DNA of 45,100 nucleotides, filler included, from Jimgerdemannia flammicorona (taxonomy: Eukaryota): NCBI GenBank assembly GCA_003990765.1. It is 2 parts of 2 records of this genome, joined end to end, with 100 filler letters (N's around TTAATTAATTAA, not from the genome) between each part and the next. Parts side by side here need not be neighbours in the genome. Positions count along the whole stretch, not along the records: positions 22,602 to 45,100 come from RBNJ01001263.1; 1 more part is not named here. One strand, given 5' to 3'. Positions 36,252 to 45,100 of the stretch are shown here, in pieces. Numbering within the stretch: position 1 is the stretch's first letter; each line of letters begins with the position of its first letter. The notes below the pieces were generated by a model. That model was not told the origin of the DNA. It did not search any database and saw nothing but the letters and a program-made list of their open reading frames with translations. Position numbers and translations under genes: made by a program.

Positions 36252-39200
36252 CTACCACCCTTGCACCACTTCCAGAAGCAACCCCTTCCACCACTCCACC
36301 AATTTGCCAATCCCCATCCAAGGATCCTTCTCGAACACCCATTGCCAGTACACCACCATCAGGACCCAGATGCCAATAATCTGGCCTAGACCCCCCCAAA
36401 TGTCCCCAATCTCTCCCACCAGTCGCCACTTGACCACCTGACTAGTGGGGCCCCCTGCATGCCCACTTTCGCCACTCCAGTAGCTTTCCAACATCTGCCA
36501 AAATCCCTCCACCCCTGGGCATGCTGCCATGATATACTCCAGTGTCTACACTACACCTCCATCCAGCTCATGGCACTACTTGCATACCCTCACACCTTCA
36601 GCCTCCATCCACCCTGTCCTGTACCCCAGCATGACATTCCTCTACAAAAATCTCCCCCATACCACCCAGAGCTTAGGTGGTACAACCTTGAGCAATGAGG
36701 TCCCCTATCCCCAAACCAGGCCCCACTCCCAATCCTCTCCAAACCCAGCCTTCTGCCAACCAACTGGCCATCTCTCAAGTGGACCCATCCGGATCCATTC
36801 CATTGCCCCGGACAAAGAGTATTCTGCCAACCAGTGGCCACCAATACGAATATCACCAAGTCGCCACCATCTCTGTTCCATGTCCTCCTCTTCACCCAGC
36901 TCTAGACCTGTAAGGCCCATTGCTAGCCAAGCTTCCACAATGCCCCACCAGAACCCCCGGTACTGCAATCTGCTAACCCTGCCAATCTGCAGCAACCCAT
37001 GCATATCCTTCTGAACCTTACCATGGAGGCAAAACCTGACTTCCCAATTGTCCATGGCCAGTTTGCCCCAACTATCCACTCCTAATTCTGCCAATCGACA
37101 GCCCCACCAACTCTGAAGCACCTTCAGCTACCTCCTAAAATTCACCAGCCCCAATCCACCATCTACTGTATACATGACTACTGTCTCCCAACTAATCTGT
37201 GGTCTTCTTCCTTGCCACAGCCATCCTTCCACTACCTTCTTCAGTTTCTGTACCACCCAACTGAGAAAGTCCAAATGATACCCCAAATACCACAGCTTCG
37301 GTAGCCAATATATATTCAGAACTACAATCCTCCCCACCAAGGAGAAGCCTCTCCCTGACCAGCCTACCAAGGCATTCTCCCACTTCTGTATCATTCCACT
37401 CCACCACTCCTTTGGCAAAACTGTTCCATATACTGAGAACCAGACACCCAGATATTGGACTGCCTCTCCTGTATGGACCAGTTGACCAAAATGGCCATGT
37501 TCTCCCAAGCCAGCTCCCAGCTCCATAGTCTCACACTTGCTCCAATTTAGTTTTGCCCCTGCCAGTCTCTCATACTGCCCCACTCCTTCCTGCAGTCTTG
37601 TCACATCTGCCATACAGCCCAACCCTACCACCATATCATCAGCAAAAGCCCCCAGCTTCCAGACCACCTCCCCCATCTTCAGCCTGATGAGCCTTCCTCT
37701 CAGCCATGCCAACAAGGGCTCCAAGGATAGGATGTAGAGGAGGGGTGAGAGAGGATCCCCCTGTGGCATGCCTCTCCCCAAGACAAACTCTGGGCCACTC
37801 CACCTATTCATCAGTACCACAGCCTGACAGCCTCACACCAGGCCCATCAGTTTTCAAGCCTCTACCACACTGAATCCTGTCTTCTGCAGAACTGCCTCCA
37901 GATAGTCCCACCTCACTCTATCATATGCCTTTTCCTGATCCAAGAACACTATTCTCCCATCTACTTGCCAGCTTCAACAGCCCTCCAAGACATTTTGCAC
38001 CCAGGCCATACTGTCTTAGATCTGTCTCCCCTTCACAAATTCTTGCTGTGCTTCACCCACCAATTGGCCAATCCAATGTTGCATTCTCCCAGCCAGGATC
38101 TTGGATACCAACTTCCTGTTGACATTCAGTAGCATAATGGGCTGCCAGTTCCACCACATATGGTGATCTCCTTTCTCCTTATAGAGCAGAGAGACTAACC
38201 CTAAGGAGCTATTGCCAATCCAGCAGCCTTCACCTATCACAAAGTTTGCCATTTCAACAAGCCATCCCCCAAACTTGGCTTGGAATTCCTTCCAGAACTC
38301 TCAAGGCAGCCCATCCTCTCCTGGTGATGAACCAGTCTGCACTTTCCACAGAACCTCCAAAACCTCTTCAAGGGCCACCATACCCATTACTGCCCCACCT
38401 ATCTCAGGCACCGCTACCATGGGCCAGCTGCTAACAAGATTGTCATTATCCTCTAGTGGTGACACTCCCTCCACCAGACCTCCTCCATCTTGCCATAGAG
38501 CACACTATTGCCCTGAGATCTCTCCAAGCATATCCATGATACCAGTAACCTCAACGCCATCCTCCTGCAACACTGAAGCCCAGCTGTGCCACACTCTTCT
38601 GGCCTTCAAGATTCTGGACAAATACTTAGTGGGTCACTCTCCTTCCTCTAACTGCCTTGCCTGCAACCTCACCAGTAGCCCATCTACCACCCTATCTTCT
38701 GCTGCCTTCAAATCTAGCCACAATTCAGCCACCTCCTTAGCCAACCAGGAGCATCTCTCTCTAGAAAAATTCTCTCCCTCCAGGGATTTCAGCCACCAAC
38801 GTAGCCCCTGTTCAATTCTCCTTTCTTTATCCTTCTGCTCCCTTCCAGCTACCTCCCCCATATCCTGCCAGTAAGCACCTGCCAAATGTTTGAATTTCTC
38901 CCACTACTGTGCTATTGACTGTCTACTGTCTTTCTACCATGCCACTTCCTGCCTTGCAATTTCCACAAATTGGTCCCTTTCCACCTGCCTTTTGAGTAGT
39001 GCCACATTGAGGTGCATCTACCCCCACCTCCACTGACTATCTGGAATCTCCCACACACCTCAACTCTCCAGTGATCTGACCAAGAACACCACCATACTCC
39101 TGTTGAATCTAATACATTGCCCCAGCATTCTGCCACCAGAATCCAATCAATCCTTATTCTAACCAAGTCCTCACCAACCAGGTGCCACCTAGTGAATGGC

Positions 39201-39763
39201 TCTGGCCTTTCCCCTTGATGCTGTTGAACTCTATCTACCAATCCCATATTCCTCTCTACCTGGAGCTACTATGAGAGCCCAGTAGATACAGCCACACCAA
39301 CTCTACCATCAGATCTATCTAATGTTCTATCATGTACTATGTTAAAGTCCCCCCCCAGAATGTCCAACCCCACCTCCTCCCAGTCTCCCCAAGCCAGCCA
39401 GCCTTCCACCCAATGGTTCCACTCTCTGCCAACCACTGGCAGATAAGCAGAGCCAACCACTAGTCCATCTCCAGCTCTGCCTTTCAACCTCCCCCAGACC
39501 AATTGATCACTATATACTGCAACTTCCATCAGCTCACCTTTCCCCAAGCCAACCAAAATGCCCACCTGCTCATTCCAACCTATACTTCCATACCATTCCT
39601 TACTTCAATCCTTATAATCTTGCTCCCCATATGCCTGAATGTCCTGTAGCAATACAACATCATACCTCCTGACCTTCAGCCAACAAAATAGTTGCCTTCT
39701 CTTCACTCCATCACACAAACCATTGACATTTAATGATAAGATATATAGACTGTTCATCATCAT
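36252..39763 (-). pseudogene. LINE ORF2: APE endonuclease - RT - C-terminal Cys region
   Basis: ILSLNVNGL, LGGDFN, RIDWILV, WSDH, WQPIMLLN...K, GMPQGDPLSPLLY, AFADD and YLGVWF. Confidence 0.92.
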
Positions 39764-39775
39764 AAATAAAAATGT

Positions 39776-41449
39776 TTAAAGCTCTACTGGAATTGCCACT
39801 ACCTTCTCTGCCCAACCACAGATTATCACCTTCCATTCCTCACAGATTACCCTCCAGATATGGGCTCCATTTACTCTACTGCAAAATATATTCACTTGCT
39901 CGAACACCACCTTTCTGATGTCAGCCATATGGTCCTCATCTACCTCATATCCTTTATCATCCAGAAGTGCTGCCACCATCACTGTCACCAACTTCAGTCT
40001 CTATAATGCAACATTGAGGAACCCTTTCCAGGCCTCTTGAGACCCATTAAATACATCCACTTCCTTGATATCCTCCTCTGACAGTTCCTCGAGTACTGCC
40101 TGATACTAGTTATCAGCTGTCATCACCAAGGGCCCAGGGGTGGCAGGCCTTGGGGTCCTGCTCAGCTCCTGTAACATCTCTCTGTCTGCTGACACATCAG
40201 AGGCCACATCCACCAGGTCATCCTCCTCCATACCCTTCTCCAGCCTCACCACTTTGCTGGCCTCAGGATACTCCCAATGAACATTCGCTGCTCCTGCCAT
40301 CCGAACATCCTCCAACTGAGTCTCTGGCACCACCTTGACAACCTCCTCAAAACCCCCTACATTTGTCTCCTCCTTATCAGCCCACTTCCCCTTTACTGGC
40401 ACATGAGCTGAGTCCTCCACTCCCCCCAGTTGTGAATAGGACATCTCAGCTATCTCCACCTCTTCCATCTGACTCTTGGCCATCTCTGCCCTCTCTTCTT
40501 CCTCCACTTTTGAGCCCTGGAGGACTGTCTGTAAGCACTCCCAGTTCACCCTCTGCCACTTCTTCCTCCTCCCATCCATCGGAATCCAGATCCAGTCCTT
40601 GGCAAACTCCTCCCATCTCCTCTTCCACACTTCCTTCACAGCCTCCCTCTCCTCTAGGGCAATCAGCAGTTCCTCCTCCTCCTGTTCTGAGCCCTTCCTT
40701 CTCCATACCTTGCACTCCTGCCCTCTGATACGAATCACCTCTGACCAGTCCCTCCCTAGCCCTGTAGCCTCCTTGTCTTCTAGCCTCACCATTACCTTGC
40801 AGTTGCCATTCCTCAGCTTAGTTCCCTCCCAGAACATGAACCCAAAGTCAACCATCTTGCTGAAGCCCCCCAGCATCTCTACTACAATCCCTTTAGTCTC
40901 CTGTCTTCCTAACATCGGCAACCCCTCAATCACCAGGCATACAGTATGCAGGTCCCACCTCAGGCACCTCACCATGCCCACTTTGATATTCTTGATGACC
41001 AGCCCTCTCTCCAGGGCTTTCACCATATCCTCCTCCTCCACAAATCCTATCTCTACTGCCTCCACCAATGGGATGAACTTCAGCAACTCTGCCCCAGCAA
41101 CCTCCTCTTCAACTAGCTGCAAGACCTCCCTAGCAGACATCTCCAGCCCCAGGAAATTTACCAAGATAGCCCACGTCGACACTGACTTGTGAAAGAAGGG
41201 GCATACCACCAGTTCACCAGAGCCTGCTGCCATCATAGCCTTCTTCTTACTCTCTGATACCCTGGCAGTCACCCCAGCCACAGGCCTAGCCCCAGGAATA
41301 CCAGTCCCAGCTACACCACTTCCAGACCCCTGGCCCCTGGCAGGCACCTGACCAGTCACCTGACCAGTCACCTGACTTCTACCCCTGTCAACACTACATT
41401 CCTCCTGCCCAACTCCCATGGGCCTAGTAGCCACCCTCCTGCCCCCCAT
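39776..41449 (-). pseudogene. LINE ORF1
   Basis: ORFs 40106-41449 and 39776-39991 lie directly upstream of ORF2. Contains an RRM-like segment LVIEGLP...F....L.NGN..V.V. Confidence 0.75.
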
Positions 41450-41485
41450 CTAGTGCATTGCAACCCAAGCCAACCCATGTACATA

Positions 41486-41900
41486 TTTAACCTGACCTGG
41501 AATTATATGTCACCCATCTTTAACCCGACCTGGAATTATATGTCACCCATCTTTAATCCAACCTGGAATAATATGTCACCCATCTTTAACCTGACCCAGA
41601 ATAATATGTCACCCATCTTTAACCCGACCTGGAATTATACATCACCCATCTTTAACCCGACCTGGAAACATACGTCACCCATCTTTAACCCGACCTGGAA
41701 TTATATATAACCCGTCTTTAACCCAACCCGAGAAATATACATGACCCGACTCGAGAAATATACGTGACCTGACCCGAGAAATATACGTGACCTGACCCAA
41801 GAAATATACATGACCCAACCTAAGAAATATATGTGACCTGACCCGAGAAATATACATGACCTGACCCTGACCCATATTTAACCCGACACAGACCCGTCTT
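41486..41900. repeat. Subterminal tandem arrays: 33-nt x7 and ~23-nt x6
   Basis: tttaacccgacctggaattatatgtcacccatc and gacccgagaaatatacgtgacct units. Confidence 0.9.
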
Positions 41901-42068
41901 TAATCCACCTTTAAGCTACAAGACACCAAAAAAAATATATTGCACATCTAAGATATATATTTAGAATAAACAAACAGAAACATAATTAGGAATCAGAAAT
42001 CAAAATGAAATCGGAAATAAATAGGAAGTAAATCAGAAAAATAAAGAACTTACCAGTATGAACAGATC

Positions 42069-43361
42069 TTACTCTTCATTGCTATAAACCAACTGATCCT
42101 CCTCCTTCTCATATTCTGAACCATCTTCCTCCATATATTCCGAACCGCTTTCCTCTATATCCTCCTCCTCCATATCCTCCTCTGGGCTGACCTCCTCCAC
42201 GCCAACCTCCATTTCGTCCTCTGCGCTGACCTCCCCATGTTCCTCCGTGCCAACCTCCCCATGTTCCTCTGCACTGACCTCCCTGTGTTCCTCCATACCG
42301 ACCTCCCCCGTGCTGACCTCCCCATGTTCCTCCATGCTGACCTCTACCACGCCGACCTCCCCATGTTCCTCCATGCTGACCTCCTCCATGCCGACCTCCC
42401 CCGCACCGACCTCCCCTGCGCTGACCTCCTCCATACTGACCACCCCCATGCTGATCTCTCTACTGACCTCTCTACCGGCACTGACTCCTCCACCAGCACC
42501 GACCTCTCCCACCTCTCCATCTCCTCCACCACCACCCCCCTCAACAAAATACACAAGCCTACCATCCATCAGTCACATATAAAGCATTTTGTCATTCTTC
42601 ACCAGTACTTGTTCAAATATAGCCAGTAGTTTTTAATGTTCATCCATGATGACAATTCCATCTGGACAACCTCACTTGTTCCATGCTTTGGTATTCACCT
42701 TGAAGCCAGTGTGGTATGACGAACATTCCACGATTTTCGTACAGTTTTCTATTGCTCTTATGACTTCTTGCCTCAGTTGGTCATCATGTACTTTCTTAAT
42801 GTGTTTGTTGGCTGCAGCGAAAGCATGCCTAATGTCTGATTTGTAAGGCCTTTTCTCCATGAGGTTTGGGGCATCCAGGAAATTGATTTGGCAATGCTTC
42901 CAGGTGGTGTTTGGGCAAACTTGATGGCAAAAATGGCAATTGTAGCAAGATTTGCACTCTGGCCCAGGCTTAGAAGCTGGTGGATATGTATATTTTGAAT
43001 ATTATTAGGAAAAAAATTCGGACATTGATTTAAAAAGAAAAAAAAGAAAAAAACTAACTTTTTCGAGCTACGTTATTGGGATCTGATGGGGGACCTTGTG
43101 CTTGTGGACTGGCGGCGAGCTGGCGGTCAAGCTGGAGATCGGGGAGCTGAGGGTCAGTGAGCTGGGAGTCGGCGAGCTCAGCAACCTGGGTGTCGGCAAG
43201 CTCGGCAGGCTGGGTGTCGGCAAGCTCAGCAGGCTGGGTGTTGGCAAGCTGGACATCTTTAGGGTGCTGAGCTTTGGGATGGCGAGCTGAAGCGTGTCGA
43301 GCTTAGGGGGGCCAAGTAAATACTTATTGGCCGGGTGGTCATATCCACGTTTTCTCAACAT
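42069..43361 (-). pseudogene. Degenerate intron-containing gene of unknown function with acidic tandem-repeat C-terminus
   Basis: Intron-like gttagt...ctaat...ccaccag at ~43058-42979. Frame MEKRPYKSDIRHAF...GRLVYFVEG then EVSMEEHG repeats, with a few C>T-type stops. Confidence 0.5.
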
Positions 43362-43376
43362 AGCGGTGAATTAAGT

Positions 43377-43480
43377 GAGGCAAAGCGAAGGACGAGGCGA
43401 AGCGAAGGATGAGGCGAAGCGAAGGATGAGGTGAAGCGAAGGACGAGGCGAAGCGAAGGATGAGGCGAAGCAAAGGACAA
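43377..43480. repeat. 17-nt tandem repeat x6 (gaggcgaagcgaaggay)
   Basis: Seen directly. Confidence 0.9.
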
Positions 43481-43541
43481 GGCAAAAAGAATGAGAGGTG
43501 AAAGTAAGCTTTCGATATCTTAAATGTTCAAAAGCTATAAC

Positions 43542-43645
43542 ATCTTTCAGAAGCTCTTTCGGAATCTCTCCGAAATCTCTTTCAGAAGCTCTTTCCGAAT
43601 CTCTTTGAAATCTCTTTCAGAATCTCTTTGAAATCTCTTTCGAAA
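43542..43645. repeat. ~12-nt tandem repeat (tctctttcrgaa-like)
   Basis: About 8 imperfect units. Confidence 0.8.
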
Positions 43646-43755
43646 CCCATTTCTAAATTGCATGTTGTTTGCAATCTGAGGAATGAGGGTGAGGGAGGTG
43701 GAGGAATATGTGAGGGTTGTGCAAGAGGAGTGGAACGCAAGAGGAGTGGAATGTA

Positions 43756-43990
43756 AGAGGAGTAGAATACAGTGAGGAAAGCTCCAGATTGCAAGTGTAA
43801 GTGTAAGCATAAGCACAAGCGCAAGTGCAAGCTTTGCTCTGCTTAGCTGATAGCTGATATCATGTGATATCAGCTTATTATCAGCTTGTCAGACTGAGCA
43901 GAGCAAAGCTTACACTTACACTTATACTTACACTTATGCTTATGCTTACGCTTACAATCTGAAGCTTTCCTCACTGCGTTCCACTCCTCT
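43756..43990. repeat. Long inverted repeat 1 (~90-bp arms) with central palindrome
   Basis: Arms ~43756-43846 and ~43893-43990; core agctgatatcatgtgatatcagct at 43852-43875. Confidence 0.9.
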
Positions 43991-44023
43991 CTGTATGATT
44001 CAGCAGATTCTGTGTAAGCCCCG

Positions 44024-44368
44024 ATTGAGCAAGATTTGCAACAACGTTTGAGCGAGATTTGTGGTGCATTTGAGCAAGATTTGCAGTGAGGTTCGAGCGA
44101 GATTTGCAAGCCTTGTGCTTGCAAGCTCAGCCGATAGCTGATATCACGTGATATCAGCTTATATACATGTCATATCAGCTTGTGACTGAGCTTGTCCAGG
44201 CTTGCAAGTGCAAGGCTTGCAAAGCCTGGCTTATGCAAATCTCGCTTTAATCGTACGTGCAAATCTTGCTTGCAAATCTCGCTTGCAAATCTTGCTTGAA
44301 CCTCACTGCAAATCTCGCTCAAACACACCACAAACCTTGCTCAAACGTTTTTGCAAACCTTGCTCAAT
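44024..44368. repeat. Long inverted repeat 2 with internal perfect 24-bp palindrome
   Basis: Arms ~44024-44108 and ~44281-44368; core agctgatatcacgtgatatcagct at 44136-44159. Confidence 0.9.
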
Positions 44369-44715
44369 ACAGAACACGCTGAATCTCCAAAGTATGTTTG
44401 CTGTTTGCTGTTTGCAGTTATGTGATGGGTACCAGTTCACCACCCATGCATATTTATTCATCCATCTTCTGTCCATAATCGATCATTGGCTATTGCACAC
44501 CACCTCGCTGCTCTCCCTCTTGCTGCCCCCCACAGTTCCTGGCTTTTCCTGCCGCTCGCTGCTCGCCACCTCCCTACAACTCCCTGCCCCCTAGTTTACT
44601 GTCCCCCCAGCTCATTTCCCAGTTCGCCACTCCCTAGCTTGCCACTTCCTAGCTACTTTCCAGCTCTCAGCCTCCCACTCAAGCTCCCAGTCCCTGCCAT
44701 CATCAAACATTCAAA

Positions 44716-45100
44716 ATGTCTAAAGATCAAGAAGTACATTTAGGAGAAATCTCGGAACCATCGGATGATATATCGGAGGATATATCGGAGGATATATCAG
44801 ATATCTCCACCAGTTTGTTATCACCAACAAGCATGAGAATAAAAATAAAAACAAAACCTAGTAATAGCTGAGTGTGGAATCATGCCACAAAGGTAGTTTT
44901 ATACATTGTACTAATGGTTGAATTTATAGGGGTGATTGGTCTCAGTCGTAAGGGTGGGTGGTTGGTTGTAAGTGGTTGAGGTTCTAATATAGTCTCATAT
45001 CTCTCTATTCAAATAGAATTTACAAAGTAAGCTCATCAGTTGCAACCATTGCACGACTTGGAGCTATATATCGAAGGATGGCAATATCAACAATCTTAAA
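44716..45100 (+). pseudogene. BED zinc-finger N-terminus of a probable hAT transposase (intron 44893-45016), running off the window
   Basis: MSKDQE...PSNS(W)VWNHATK|NLQSKLISCNHCTTWSYISKDGNINNLK. A TGG>TGA stop lies in the W-V-W motif. Confidence 0.7.

Larger units (their letters stand above)
35987..41450 (-). mobile_element. Tx1/L1-type LINE, near full length, CpG-depleted, with poly(A) tail
   Basis: T-run at 35987-36039. ORF1 and ORF2 are both present, with stops and frameshifts. Confidence 0.92.
41451..45100 (+). mobile_element. Probable hAT-type DNA transposon (left part) inserted into LINE ORF1
   Basis: Begins TAGTG..., has dense aacccga/gacccga subterminal motifs and a downstream BED-finger ORF. 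The right end is not in the window. Confidence 0.6.

Noticed and set aside
36459..41192. Many plus-strand Ser/Pro-rich ORFs
   Set aside because: Antisense shadows of the G-rich LINE coding strand.
42890..42960. Cys-rich zinc-finger-like motif CKSCYNCHFCHQVC
   Set aside because: Most Cys codons are TGC, as expected from CGC (Arg) by CpG decay, so the motif is probably a mutation artefact.

Overview
Repeat-rich eukaryotic genomic window, most consistent with an early-diverging fungus (Mucoromycota-like 28S D2 region and fungal-type tropomyosin; this taxonomy is inference). One small CpG-rich genic island (~9.2-11.9 kb) holds an intact 3-exon, 123-aa tropomyosin gene and a possible coiled-coil mini-gene just upstream. 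The rest is nested, mostly inactivated mobile DNA: two Ty3/Gypsy families (a chromovirus, and a family whose 1.5-kb LTR carries its own ORF), a Tx1/L1-type LINE plus truncated LINE 3' ends, an IS630/Tc1-type transposase with a long DD85E spacer, an Ngaro-type tyrosine-recombinase retrotransposon whose terminal repeat joins directly onto a degenerate 28S rRNA copy, a solo Ngaro A-B unit, a probable hAT element with a passenger gene and twin long hairpins sharing a 24-bp palindrome, and Myb-like and kinase relics. Repeats show graded C:G>T:A hypermutation in CpG and non-CpG contexts, while the genic island is spared. There is an assembly gap with an artificial linker at 22502-22601.
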